Assembly (NCBI GenBank): GCA_038886195.1
Contig: JAVZYK010000001.1
Span: forward strand, 240,168 to 304,167
DNA: 64,000 nucleotides
From: Candidatus Pacearchaeota archaeon
Lineage (GTDB): Archaea; Nanobdellota; Nanobdellia; Pacearchaeales; UBA284
Direction: 5' to 3'
The position numbers and the translations under genes are program-made. Positions 1-9,515 of this stretch are shown piece after piece. The notes under the pieces are model-generated. The model had not been told where the DNA came from and made no database searches. It saw nothing but the letters and a program-made list of their open reading frames with translations. Within the stretch, counting starts at the first letter, position 1, and every line of letters starts with the position of its first letter.

Positions 1-1
1 G

Positions 2-523
2 GCAAGGAAAGCAATAGAAACGCGTTTTTCTGGAAAAAAACTTGAATATAAAGAAGAAAAGAGGGAATTTTCAAAACCAACGGGAGTTTTTGTAACTTTA
101 ACTAAAAATGGTAATCTTAGAGGTTGTATTGGATTTCCTTATCCTGTTAAACCTCTTGCCGAAGCTGTAATTGAAGCTGCAGAAGCGGCAGCTTTTCAAG
201 ATCCAAGATTCAAGCCATTAAAAGAAAAAGAACTTGATAAAATAAAAATAGAAATTTCTGTTTTGACTACGCCTCAAGAAATTAAAGCTAAAGGACTTGA
301 TATTCTGAAAGAAATTGAAATAGGTAAAGATGGTTTAATCGTTCAATTTTCGGGTTTTTCTGGCTTGCTTTTGCCTCAAGTTGCTTTAGAACATAAATGG
401 AATGTTTTGCAGTTTCTTGAAGCAACATGCAATAAAGCTGGATTACCAAGCAACATCTGGATGAATCCAAATTGTCATATATTCAAATTTCAAGCGCAGA
501 TTTTTTCTGAAGAAAAAAGTTGA
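2..523 (+). CDS. AMMECR1-domain protein (5' end outside window)
   Basis: Frame 2 is open from base 2. Translation ...GVFVTLTKNGNLRGCIGFPYP...LLLPQV... carries the LRGCIG signature of AMMECR1 (from memory). The ORF-track entry 263..523 is only the tail from an internal TTG. Confidence 0.75.
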   Translation, partial: ARKAIETRFSGKKLEYKEEKREFSKPTGVFVTLTKNGNLRGCIGFPYPVKPLAEAVIEAAEAAAFQDPRFKPLKEKELDKIKIEISVLTTPQEIKAKGLDILKEIEIGKDGLIVQFSGFSGLLLPQVALEHKWNVLQFLEATCNKAGLPSNIWMNPNCHIFKFQAQIFSEEKS

Positions 524-525
524 AA

Positions 526-915
526 TTAAATTACGATTTCGGGAAAAGTCACTTTATAACAATTTAACCTATTGAACGCTTTCATATATTTTTCATGATC
601 TTTTATCTTTGCTAAATCTTTAATTTCTTGAATAAGTCTATTCATAATATTGGTTAATTTTTCTTTTATTTCTTCTTCTTTATCAATTATTGCGGTTTCT
701 GTTCCTGTAGTACGTTTAATGTCATTAAGAGCAGATATTATAAATGTAACGACATTTTCTCCCAAATTGAAAGTTCTTATAATTTTGTCTTTATTGCTAA
801 AACCTTTAATAGAAGCAGTATAGCCAAAAGAAACATTTATAAATTTCTTACCTAAATTTAACATTTCAACTTTAAACTCATCTATAGTGAGTTTTGGTGC
901 AACTATTGTTGTCAT
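526..915 (-). CDS. hypothetical protein (129 aa)
   Basis: Intact ORF filling the gap between neighbours. No recognisable motif. Confidence 0.4.
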   Translation of the reverse strand: MTTIVAPKLTIDEFKVEMLNLGKKFINVSFGYTASIKGFSNKDKIIRTFNLGENVVTFIISALNDIKRTTGTETAIIDKEEEIKEKLTNIMNRLIQEIKDLAKIKDHEKYMKAFNRLNCYKVTFPEIVI

Positions 916-1008
916 TTTTCCTTCGTTTTTACATTATTTTTTATTTAGTTTAGATAATGGTTTTTTTATAAATTTTGCTGTTTTATATTATAATATTAAA
1001 CAATAAAC

Positions 1009-1016
1009 TTTATAAC
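1009..1016 (+). promoter_or_regulatory. TATA-box-like element upstream of radB
   Basis: tttataac centred about 28 nt upstream of the ATG at 1040 with no Shine-Dalgarno sequence between. The spacing fits an archaeal TATA box driving a leaderless or near-leaderless mRNA. Confidence 0.35.
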
Positions 1017-1039
1017 TTTTTAAAATTTTTAAAATTTTA

Positions 1040-1741
1040 ATGAAAATTTCAACAGGCTCAAAAGAACTGGATGAATGGCTCAATGGAGGTTACGAAACAG
1101 ACATCATTACAACTTTATATGGACCTGCTGGTTCTGGTAAGAGCAATCTATGTATGATGGCCGCAGCAAGTCAGGCAAAGCTTGGCAAAAAAGTAATATA
1201 TATTGATACGGAAGGTAGTTTTTCTATAGATAGATTAAAACAGCTTGCCCCTTTAGAGATTATAAAAAATATATTTTTGCTTAAAGTTACTAACTTTCAC
1301 GAACAAAAAGAAGCATTTGAAAAATTATTAGGATTATTGAAATACAATGTGTCGCTCATCATAGTGGATAGTATTGTAATGCTCTACAGACTTGCTTTAG
1401 GAGAAGCTACTCAAGAAAAAAATAACGAAAAGATAAAAGCAATAAACAGGTCACTTTTAAGACAATTAAGAATTCTAAACGAAATAGCTCGCAAAAAACA
1501 AATTCCAGTCATTATAACAGACCAAGTATATAGCGAATTTCTTTCTAGAGAAGATTTTGAAGCGGGGAAAGAAAAAAAAGTTGTTATGGTTGGAGGTGAT
1601 ATTTTGCGATACTGGAGTAAATGTATTATAGAATTACAGAATTTGGGTCATAAAAAGAAAGCAATTCTTAGAAAACATCGAAGCCTTCCAGAAAAAGAAT
1701 TTTTATTTGAGATAACAGATAAAGGAATAAAAGCACGATAA
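1040..1741 (+). CDS. radB: RadB-like RecA-superfamily recombination/repair protein
   Basis: 233 aa with Walker A GPAGSGKSN and Walker B-like SLIIVDS. The size and absence of an N-terminal HhH domain fit RadB rather than RadA. Confidence 0.75.
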   Translation: MKISTGSKELDEWLNGGYETDIITTLYGPAGSGKSNLCMMAAASQAKLGKKVIYIDTEGSFSIDRLKQLAPLEIIKNIFLLKVTNFHEQKEAFEKLLGLLKYNVSLIIVDSIVMLYRLALGEATQEKNNEKIKAINRSLLRQLRILNEIARKKQIPVIITDQVYSEFLSREDFEAGKEKKVVMVGGDILRYWSKCIIELQNLGHKKKAILRKHRSLPEKEFLFEITDKGIKAR

Positions 1742-1755
1742 AAATTGTTTTTCTT

Positions 1756-3933
1756 CTATTTTTTAGTTTTTCCTTTTTTTCTTTTTAATTTGGATTTTTT
1801 CTCTTTTGTTTTATAATGGCTCGGATTTAAACAAAAATTCCATGGAGGTTTTCCTTTTCTTATTAGTATTAACATTGGCCATCCACATTCACATTTTTTT
1901 TCACTAGGCTGAACTAAACCGAATTGGGGTAACGCAAAGGTTGTCTTACATTCAGGGTATTCGTCACATGCTGCAAATCTTTTACCTTTTTTGCTTCTCA
2001 AAATGATCAAAGAACCCTTACTACAAATAGGACATTTAAATAAAATATTTGCTTTTTTTGTTTCTTCTTGAACTTCATAGTGGGCCTCGATTAAAAATTT
2101 TCCTATGTCTTTTTCGTGTTTCTTGAATTGTTCTGAAATCTTCAATAAAGTTTTTTTTGCTTCTTCTATAACTTGATTTTTTTCTTTAATTATGGCTTTA
2201 ACATTTTTTTCTTGTTGAATTCTTTCCATTTTTTCTTCAAAACTTCTTGTCAATTTTTCATCGATAATTAAAGGGCAATTGTTCTTGAATGCGTCTACTA
2301 CAGCCATTCCAAGTTTTGTTGCTTGTATTGAACTTCCTACAATATAGCCTCTTTTGTATAGCGTATCTACGATCGCTGCTCTCGTAGCTTTTGTCCCAAG
2401 ATTTCTCTTTTCTAATTCTGAAACAAGCGATGCTGGACTATATCTTTTAGGAGGTTGGGTCTCTTTTTGTTCAAGTCTAATATCTTTTATCCTAACTTTT
2501 CCATTTAAATCAGGCAAAATTTTTTCTTCAATTTTGTAAGGATAAACATCGAGCCATCCTTTTTTTAATATTTTTAAACCTTGAGAAGAAAATTCTTTTT
2601 TATCTATCTTTAAAATAATTCTCTTTTCTTCAATTAAAACGTCATCGCAAAAACATGCGAGAAATCTTCTAACTATCAAATCATAAATTTGTCTTTCTTG
2701 AGGCGTTAATTTTTCAGGATATTCTCCAGTAGGAAAAATGGCTGGATGGGCTGGATCTGTTTTTTTACCTTCAATTGGTTTAGTTCTAGTTACAAACTTC
2801 ACAAGATCTGGATAAATTTTTTCAATTCTCGTAAGAATTTTGCTTAATCCGATAGTGGGAGGCAACTTTTGTGATGAAGTTCTTGGATAACTAATTAAGC
2901 CTTGAAGGTAAAGATTTTGAGAAATCATTTGAGTTTGCATCGGTGAGAAACCAAAGAATTTATGAGCTTCTAACTGTAAAGAAGTTAGATCAAAGGGAGG
3001 TAATGGTTTTAATTTTCTTTTTTCAACTATTGTTTCTGCTTCTGCAATTTCGTTTTTAAGCTTTAAAAATTTTTCAGCTTCTTCTTTTGAAAAAATTTCT
3101 TTATTATATTTTAGTTCTATATTATTTATTCCTTCTATAGAAAGAAATACAATCCAATAAGGCGCTGGCTTGAAATTTTTAATTTCTTGTTCTCTCTTTA
3201 CTACTAAAGCTAAAGCGGGTCCTTGAACACGACCTATCGACATTATTCTATAAACTCCGGCGTTTTTAAGAGCTTCCATCAAAGCCCTGCTTAAATTTAT
3301 CCCATAAAACCAATCGAGATAATGACGAGTTTCACCAGCATATGCTTGACCGAAATCAATGTTTTGCATAATTTTTTTATAAGATTCTAACAAATCATAT
3401 TTAGTTAATGTTGAAAATTTCATTCTTTTTGCATCTTGTTGATTGCATAAAAATCTTAAAACATTGAAACCGATAAGTTCTCCTTCAACATCATAATCGC
3501 AAGCTATTATAAAATCAGAAGCATTTTTTGCAAAGTGTGAAATAACAGAAGCGTATTTGCGCGCAAATCCTGGAATTGGCCTCCATTCTATTTCGAAAAC
3601 GGGCCATGATGTTGTTTTTTCTTTTTCAGCAAGTCCAAAAAGATGTCCTACGGCGCTAACAACAATAAATTTTTTAGAATCGTGCTCTAATTCATAGTAG
3701 GGAATTCCTCCCATGTTTCTTTTTATAGGGGCGATATCGGCTAAAGCATAAGCTATCTTCATTGCCGCTTGTGGTTTTTCACAAATTACAAGAACATAAT
3801 TTTTTTCTTTTTCATTGACTTTTTCTATAAATTCAACTTCTTCCGGCAATGGTTTTTGAACTGGAGGAATAATGTAGCCTCCTCCATTATCCTGAAAAAT
3901 TTTATCTACTCTTGGTTTTTTCTTTCTTGACAT
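1756..3933 (-). CDS. topA: DNA topoisomerase I (type IA) with C-terminal zinc ribbons
   Basis: 725 aa. Toprim start VLVICEKPQAA..., DYDVEGE acidic cluster, active-site region GLISYPRTSSQKL, and C-terminal CPICS...CDEYPECK and CECGWP zinc-ribbon motifs. Confidence 0.85.
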   Translation of the reverse strand: MSRKKKPRVDKIFQDNGGGYIIPPVQKPLPEEVEFIEKVNEKEKNYVLVICEKPQAAMKIAYALADIAPIKRNMGGIPYYELEHDSKKFIVVSAVGHLFGLAEKEKTTSWPVFEIEWRPIPGFARKYASVISHFAKNASDFIIACDYDVEGELIGFNVLRFLCNQQDAKRMKFSTLTKYDLLESYKKIMQNIDFGQAYAGETRHYLDWFYGINLSRALMEALKNAGVYRIMSIGRVQGPALALVVKREQEIKNFKPAPYWIVFLSIEGINNIELKYNKEIFSKEEAEKFLKLKNEIAEAETIVEKRKLKPLPPFDLTSLQLEAHKFFGFSPMQTQMISQNLYLQGLISYPRTSSQKLPPTIGLSKILTRIEKIYPDLVKFVTRTKPIEGKKTDPAHPAIFPTGEYPEKLTPQERQIYDLIVRRFLACFCDDVLIEEKRIILKIDKKEFSSQGLKILKKGWLDVYPYKIEEKILPDLNGKVRIKDIRLEQKETQPPKRYSPASLVSELEKRNLGTKATRAAIVDTLYKRGYIVGSSIQATKLGMAVVDAFKNNCPLIIDEKLTRSFEEKMERIQQEKNVKAIIKEKNQVIEEAKKTLLKISEQFKKHEKDIGKFLIEAHYEVQEETKKANILFKCPICSKGSLIILRSKKGKRFAACDEYPECKTTFALPQFGLVQPSEKKCECGWPMLILIRKGKPPWNFCLNPSHYKTKEKKSKLKRKKGKTKK

Positions 3934-3970
3934 TGAATATTAAAAAAGCTGGCTTATAAAAAACTTCCTT

Positions 3971-5677
3971 TTATTTGTGGCCGAACCAAAAAATTAGCTT
4001 TCTCTTAGTTTTTTCATCTAAACGACAAAAACCAAATCTCTCAAACTGGCAAATATCTCCAACTTTAAGTTCACGAACCATAGGTTCGGCCAAACCTTCA
4101 ATAACAGAACCGTCGGGCATTAAAACTTCTACATTTACTAAATTCTTATCTACTGGAAGCCAGTGTATAAGCTTAGCATTTAATTTTTCATCATATTCTT
4201 TAGAGAGAAATTCGAAATAGTCATTTTTAGTAAAATTAAAAAGATGCATAAATCTATAATTTTGTCCTTTATTTTTTTCTATAAAATCATAATCTGATTT
4301 TTGAATATAAAATTTATTAAAAGTATTGAAATTTCTATAGCCTCGTTCTAGATGATCTGGATGTAAAGGAACTTTTGCTTTTAATCTGGGGGCGCTTTTG
4401 ATAGTGATTTTGACAGGTTCTGCAATAAAGAAATATCTATTGCTTGATTCGACAAATTTTTTATTTTCTTTATAAAGATTTTCTATTGGTACTTTTGCTT
4501 CTGTTTGAGTTAAACCTAGAGCCAAGATAAAGGCGCGAATAGCTTCTGGTTTTATACCTCTTCTTGCAAGGGATTGCAAACTCCAAGTTCTTGGATCGTG
4601 CCATCCTCTATAAACTCCTTCCTTAACTTCTTTTTGTGATTTGCTTTTAGAAATTTTTGCTCCTTCAATTTGAATTAAACCAGAGTGGATTATTTCTGGT
4701 GCCTCCCATCCAAAAATATTCCAGATATATTTTTCCATTTCGCTTTCCATCATTAAATCCTTGCCGCGTAAAATATGAGTAACTCCAAGAAGATGATCAT
4801 CTATTGCCCATGAAAATTCTAATAAAGGCCATACGCTATATTTTTTACCGACTCTTGGATGTTCTTTATTTGTAATTCTAAAAAGAACTCTATCACGAAA
4901 TGCAGGATTCTTGTGCTTCATACTAGTTTTTAATCTTAACGTCGCTTGTCCTGGGTTATATTCTCCATTTAACATTTTTTTCCATTCTGCAAGATTTCTA
5001 TCTACGCTAAATTTTCTGTGTTCACATTCTTTTCCTTTTATTCTGTTTTCATGTAAAGTTTTAGTATCACAGAAACAGACATATGCTTTATCTTTTTTTA
5101 TTATCTCTTCAGCATATTTATAATATATTTCAACTCTGTCTGATTTATAAAGCGTTGGTTTTTCATATTTCACACCGAGCCAATCCAATCCTTCTGGAAT
5201 TAAACTATAAGATTCCTCAACAATTTGTTTTTCTTCAGAACCAATAGTATCGTCTATAACAACAAGCAATTTTCCATCATACATTTTACAGTATTCATCA
5301 TTCAAGATAGCTGGCCTTGCATTACCTATGTGTAAAGGACCTGAAGGAAATGGTGCAAATCTCATAACTACTTTGCCTTTAATGGCATTAGGTAAAGGAG
5401 GCAAACCTTCTCTAATTTCTCGTTTTTTTACTAAATTTTCAAGTTCTGTGAATCTCTTTTGCTGTTCTTCTAAATTCATGGAATTAACTCGTTGAACTAT
5501 CTTTTGAACAAGAGGCATAACTTCTTTAATTTGTTCTTTTAAAAGGCCTTCTCGAAATAGTTTTGGTAAAACAGCACTTGATTGAGCTTTGCCATTATGT
5601 GTCAAAGCATTAGCTAAAGCATAAGCTTCTATCTTTTTTTCATCAAAATTAAAACTCTTAACTTCTCTTTTTGCCAT
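3971..5677 (-). CDS. gltX: glutamyl-tRNA synthetase (archaeal/eukaryal-type GlxRS)
   Basis: 568 aa. Class I HIGH-type motif PSGPLHIGNARPAI and KMSKS-type motif KISKSKS. Length and C-terminal beta-barrel region are typical of archaeal GluRS. Confidence 0.88.
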   Translation of the reverse strand: MAKREVKSFNFDEKKIEAYALANALTHNGKAQSSAVLPKLFREGLLKEQIKEVMPLVQKIVQRVNSMNLEEQQKRFTELENLVKKREIREGLPPLPNAIKGKVVMRFAPFPSGPLHIGNARPAILNDEYCKMYDGKLLVVIDDTIGSEEKQIVEESYSLIPEGLDWLGVKYEKPTLYKSDRVEIYYKYAEEIIKKDKAYVCFCDTKTLHENRIKGKECEHRKFSVDRNLAEWKKMLNGEYNPGQATLRLKTSMKHKNPAFRDRVLFRITNKEHPRVGKKYSVWPLLEFSWAIDDHLLGVTHILRGKDLMMESEMEKYIWNIFGWEAPEIIHSGLIQIEGAKISKSKSQKEVKEGVYRGWHDPRTWSLQSLARRGIKPEAIRAFILALGLTQTEAKVPIENLYKENKKFVESSNRYFFIAEPVKITIKSAPRLKAKVPLHPDHLERGYRNFNTFNKFYIQKSDYDFIEKNKGQNYRFMHLFNFTKNDYFEFLSKEYDEKLNAKLIHWLPVDKNLVNVEVLMPDGSVIEGLAEPMVRELKVGDICQFERFGFCRLDEKTKRKLIFWFGHK

Positions 5678-5740
5678 AGTTACAATAAAAATAGATAGTT
5701 TAAATAATTAACTTCAATTACATTTGAAGTTATCGCTTTA

Positions 5741-5748
5741 TTTATAAA
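5741..5748 (+). promoter_or_regulatory. TATA-box-like element upstream of the ArsR-like gene
   Basis: Palindromic tttataaa located 23-30 nt upstream of the ATG at 5771, with no SD. Confidence 0.35.
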
Positions 5749-5770
5749 CTAACATTTTTTATATAAAATC

Positions 5771-6337
5771 ATGGAAAAATATTTGATGATTTCGCTTGAG
5801 GACGAAAGGGCAAAATACATTTCAGAAGTTCTTAAGAACAATACATGCAAAAAAATTCTAGATCTTCTTTCAGAGAAGGAATTAACAGAAAGTGAAATTG
5901 CGAAAACTTTGAAGCTTCCTTTGAATACTACAGACTATAATATTAAAAAATTATTAAAAGCTGATTTAATAGAAACAACAAAAAATTATTTCTGGAGCAT
6001 TAAAGGCAAAAAGATTCCTGTTTATAAAGTTTCAAATAAATTTATTATCATTTCACCTAAATCAAAAAGTTACTTCAAACCTGTGGTTCTTTCAATTTTA
6101 ATTTCTTGCGCATTGACTTTTTTGATTTGGTTTTTTTCAAGTTCTTTCCAAAGAATGACTATAGAAGAAACCATGTTAAAAGCAACTCCTAAGATGGCAG
6201 AAGCCAAATCTTTTGCATTTCAATCATTTTTATTGTCTCTACCTTCGTGGGCGTGGTTCCTTGCTGGCTCGTTAATTGCTCTTGTTATTTATGCAATCAT
6301 ATTAATCATAAGTTGGAAACGGCTAATTAAATTATAA
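5771..6337 (+). CDS. ArsR-family winged-helix regulator fused to C-terminal transmembrane segments
   Basis: N-terminus KILDLLSEKELTESEIAKTLKLPLNTTDYNIKKLLKADLIE is an ArsR/SmtB-like HTH. The C-terminal half has at least two long hydrophobic helices (VVLSILISCALTFLIWFF, WAWFLAGSLIALVIYAIILII). Confidence 0.65.
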   Translation: MEKYLMISLEDERAKYISEVLKNNTCKKILDLLSEKELTESEIAKTLKLPLNTTDYNIKKLLKADLIETTKNYFWSIKGKKIPVYKVSNKFIIISPKSKSYFKPVVLSILISCALTFLIWFFSSSFQRMTIEETMLKATPKMAEAKSFAFQSFLLSLPSWAWFLAGSLIALVIYAIILIISWKRLIKL

Positions 6338-6354
6338 AATAAATTTAAACAAAA

Positions 6355-6360
6355 GGAGGT
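6355..6360 (+). promoter_or_regulatory. Shine-Dalgarno-like site (GGAGGT) for the SIMPL gene
   Basis: ggaggt lies 10 nt upstream of the ATG at 6371. It is complementary to the conserved CCUCC near the 16S rRNA 3' end. Confidence 0.45.
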
Positions 6361-6370
6361 TAAAACAAAA

Positions 6371-7105
6371 ATGGAAAAATCAGTTCAGATAACATTAATA
6401 ATAGTGGTTGCGGTTTTAATTCTAGCGGCATTGATAACTTTTTTGATACTGCGTAAAGAAGCGCCTTCTAATACGATTAGCGTTCAAGGACAATCTACCA
6501 TCAAAGCAAATCCTGATTTAGTTATAGTTTATTTCCGCGCTGAGACAAACGGCTCAACGGCGCAGGAAGCAAAAGACAAAAATGCAGAAATTGTTAATAA
6601 AGCTACATCTGCCTTGACAAAGATAGGAATTCCTGAAGAAAAGATACAGACAGAAAATTTTAACATTTATCCAGAATATGATTGGATTGACGGTCAACAA
6701 AAGTTTAAAGGTTACAAGGCAGTTCATTCATTTAAAGTTATTCTTGAAACAGCACAGATAGAAAAAACAGGGGCAGTCATCGATGCAGGCGTAGATGCTG
6801 GTGCATTAATAAGCTATATCAACTTTGAGTTAAGTACAGAGAAGCAAAATGAATATAAAGCCGAAGCGTTAAAACTAGCATCTCAAGATGCAAAGACAAA
6901 AGCAGAAGCAATTGCTACAGGTTTAAACAAAAAGCTTGGTAAGTTGGTGTCAGTTTCTGATATGAGTTTTGATTATTATCCTTGGCCCATTTATAGAGCT
7001 GCAGATGTAGGAAATGTAGCAGAAGCAAAAGAAGCTGTAACAAACATAAAACCGTCAGAACAAGAAATTAGCGCTAGAGTTTCGGTAGTTTATCAAATTA
7101 TTTAA
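6371..7105 (+). CDS. SIMPL/DUF541-domain secreted or membrane-anchored protein
   Basis: N-terminal TM helix, then ISVQGQSTIKANPDLVIVYFRAET...KAVHSFKVIL...ISARVSVVYQI. This is the typical SIMPL (DUF541) layout as I recall it. Confidence 0.65.
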   Translation: MEKSVQITLIIVVAVLILAALITFLILRKEAPSNTISVQGQSTIKANPDLVIVYFRAETNGSTAQEAKDKNAEIVNKATSALTKIGIPEEKIQTENFNIYPEYDWIDGQQKFKGYKAVHSFKVILETAQIEKTGAVIDAGVDAGALISYINFELSTEKQNEYKAEALKLASQDAKTKAEAIATGLNKKLGKLVSVSDMSFDYYPWPIYRAADVGNVAEAKEAVTNIKPSEQEISARVSVVYQII

Positions 7106-7129
7106 TTTTTTTATTTTTTTAATCTTTTT

Positions 7130-7600
7130 TTATTTTTTTCTTAATAAGAAAATTATTAACAAAACCACTCCTACAGTGTTGCTGATATCTGCCAAATTAA
7201 ATGAAGGCACCGGCAAAAAAGAAAAAGAAAGCCAATCAATTACATAGCCAAAAAAAATTCTATCAATCATATTACATAAAGTTCCTGCAAATAAAAAAAT
7301 TAAACCAAGATGTAGTAAATTAGAATAAGGGAGAGAAAAATAAAAATATGCTGCAAGAATTAAAACAATCAAAGCAACGATTATCAATAAAATTCTTGTC
7401 CAAGAGAAACCTTGTAACAAATTGAAGGCAGCACCATAGTTAAGAGAACGTTTTATACATAAAATAAAACAACCAAAAAAAAAGGATGAAAGAAGTTTTG
7501 TATATCTATCCAGAATATAAATTAACAGTACAAGAATAAGAAAAAGATAAAATTTCTCAAAGCAAAAGCAATTTTTCATACTTTTTTTCATTTTTAACAA
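7130..7600 (-). CDS. lspA: lipoprotein signal peptidase (signal peptidase II)
   Basis: Four TM segments. LDRYTK, NYGAAFN, NMIDRIFFGYVIDW and FNLADISNTVG match the conserved LspA blocks, including both catalytic Asp contexts. Confidence 0.8.
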   Translation of the reverse strand: MLKMKKSMKNCFCFEKFYLFLILVLLIYILDRYTKLLSSFFFGCFILCIKRSLNYGAAFNLLQGFSWTRILLIIVALIVLILAAYFYFSLPYSNLLHLGLIFLFAGTLCNMIDRIFFGYVIDWLSFSFLPVPSFNLADISNTVGVVLLIIFLLRKK

Positions 7601-7610
7601 CCAACATTAA

Positions 7611-7937
7611 CTAATATTTCAAGTCAATTCTTCTTTCTATTCGTTCAATTTTTCTCTCCATTAGTTCGATTCTTTCAATTACTCTATCGATTCTTCTATC
7701 AAGACGCTCTATTTTTTCAATATCTTTCGGAGAACTTGATGCAAATTGCGTTTGAGTTTGAGAATCCGAAGAAGCAGCAGCTGCCAACGTTCCCAAAAAA
7801 CCAAAATCTTGTTCTGAAGAAGTAGAAGCAAGGGTCGCCTCTTTTAAAGCCCGATGTCTATTTTCAATCTCTTTTAATTTTCCTAAATCAATAACTGCTT
7901 CATTTTTTACTTTTTTTTTGAAAAATGGGAATTTCAT
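7611..7937 (-). CDS. hypothetical coiled-coil protein
   Basis: 108 aa. The C-terminus is a heptad-like repeat IEKIERLDRRIDRVIERIELMERKIERIERRIDL. The middle is S/T/A/Q-rich. Confidence 0.45.
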   Translation of the reverse strand: MKFPFFKKKVKNEAVIDLGKLKEIENRHRALKEATLASTSSEQDFGFLGTLAAAASSDSQTQTQFASSSPKDIEKIERLDRRIDRVIERIELMERKIERIERRIDLKY

Positions 7938-8009
7938 ATAGTTTTAAATTGTTCAAGTTTTATAAATCTTATCTTAAATACATATTAAACAAAAATTATC
8001 TTAAAAAAC

Positions 8010-8019
8010 TTTAAATATA
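8010..8019 (+). promoter_or_regulatory. TATA-box-like element upstream of ORF 8039
   Basis: tttaaatata located 20-29 nt upstream of the ATG at 8039, with no SD. Confidence 0.3.
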
Positions 8020-8038
8020 TACTGCACTATATATTTAC

Positions 8039-9493
8039 ATGACAGATGTTGATAAAATAATAGCGGTAGTTCAGCCAAAATATTCTGAAAATCCATTAGA
8101 AATTCAGAAATTGCTTAAAGAAGCTGAAAAAGACAAAGAAAATAGAGAAGCAAAAATAAGAGAAGCGATAGAAAAAGCAAAACCAAAACCAATATGGGAT
8201 CATGCAATAACTTATGATAGTAGTACTGAACAGCTAGAACCTATTTATTTTTGGATTTTAGATCTTATGCAAGATTCAAAAATGAAAGTGGAAAAATTAG
8301 TAGATAACTTTACTGCAACTGCTGGCGGTGGTTATTTTGCTGAAATAGGTTCAAGAGCCACTAGAATGCAAGAGGAAGGTATGAAAATTTTGGGAGCTGT
8401 TAATACTGTAATAAAATCTATAATAAACATAATTTATGACTTGAAAGAGTTTGAAATAAGATTAAAACAATATGATTTAGCAAAAAGCAAAAATCCTAAA
8501 GAAGCTGAAGCGGGATTGCTTGGATTAAAACAAATATGGATTGATAAAGTCGATGCACAGAAAGGTTATGGCAGCATCAATATGATGACTCGCGAAATAG
8601 GTTTTATTACATTAAGAGATGCTTTTATGGTTGCAAAAACTCCGGAAGATGTAGATAAATTGGATTTAAATGATAGAGTTAAGAGAATTTTGAAAGCAAG
8701 AGTGACAGAATTTTTAGAATGGAAAACAAGAAGTGAGATTGAACTTCGCAAAAGATATGAAATTGAAAAAAATTATTTAAAAAGCCAGGTTGGAGCATTG
8801 AAACTTTATACGAGATGGGCTAAACCATATTTGAAAGCTGCAGAACAATTAATGATGACTGAAAAAAAATTAACAGAGCCTTCTCTTGTAAATGCTTTTA
8901 ATACTCTTTTGCTTGAATTATGCATTTTAGGTACTCAAGAAATAAATATAAAAGAAGCGGTAGAAGCCAAATTATTGCCTCCTTCTTTCCGTGAGCTTAA
9001 AATTAAAAGGCCTTATTATGTTTGTATTCTAATTGATTTTAAATTCAGAGGAATTCCACAAAGAGTAAGTCAGGCAGGCCATTACGCTTTCGGTGGAAGA
9101 GTGGATATTAATTTTAAAGCTTTTGCATTAAATGAAGATGAATTAAAAGTTTTTAAAAAACAGTTAGAAAAAGAAGATTTTTATGATGCTATAAAATTGG
9201 TTCAAACAACAACAGAAGAAAGTTTAGCGCAGATTGTGGAAGATATAAATCATTTTTTAGAAGAAAAGAAAGAGGAGAAAGAGAAGAAAAAGGAGAAAGA
9301 GAAGAAAAAGGAAGAGCTTGATTTAGGAAAGATAAAAAAAGATAATTTTGAAGAATCAGTAATTAGAGCATTTGCAGAGCAGCAAGCAGCTGCGACGTGC
9401 TTTAAAATTTATGATGTTTACAAAAAAAGTCATGGTATGGCGTCTTTTGCTGAACCTTCTTGGGAGCTGCCTAGTTGGCGTGAGAGGAAATAA
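8039..9493 (+). CDS. hypothetical protein (484 aa), first gene of a three-gene module
   Basis: Long intact ORF with ordinary (not low-complexity) sequence over about 400 aa and a K/E-rich tail (EEKKEEKEKKKEKEKKKEE). I cannot name a family. Confidence 0.55.
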   Translation: MTDVDKIIAVVQPKYSENPLEIQKLLKEAEKDKENREAKIREAIEKAKPKPIWDHAITYDSSTEQLEPIYFWILDLMQDSKMKVEKLVDNFTATAGGGYFAEIGSRATRMQEEGMKILGAVNTVIKSIINIIYDLKEFEIRLKQYDLAKSKNPKEAEAGLLGLKQIWIDKVDAQKGYGSINMMTREIGFITLRDAFMVAKTPEDVDKLDLNDRVKRILKARVTEFLEWKTRSEIELRKRYEIEKNYLKSQVGALKLYTRWAKPYLKAAEQLMMTEKKLTEPSLVNAFNTLLLELCILGTQEINIKEAVEAKLLPPSFRELKIKRPYYVCILIDFKFRGIPQRVSQAGHYAFGGRVDINFKAFALNEDELKVFKKQLEKEDFYDAIKLVQTTTEESLAQIVEDINHFLEEKKEEKEKKKEKEKKKEELDLGKIKKDNFEESVIRAFAEQQAAATCFKIYDVYKKSHGMASFAEPSWELPSWRERK

Positions 9494-9515
9494 AATTTTA
9501 TAAATAATTCAAAAA

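Noticed and set aside
9230-9310. Purine-rich periodic DNA (gagaaagagaagaaaaag x2) that superficially looks like a repeat array
   Set aside because: It is in frame within ORF 8039..9493 and encodes EKEKKK repeats. It has no spacer-repeat architecture, so it is not CRISPR or a regulatory array.
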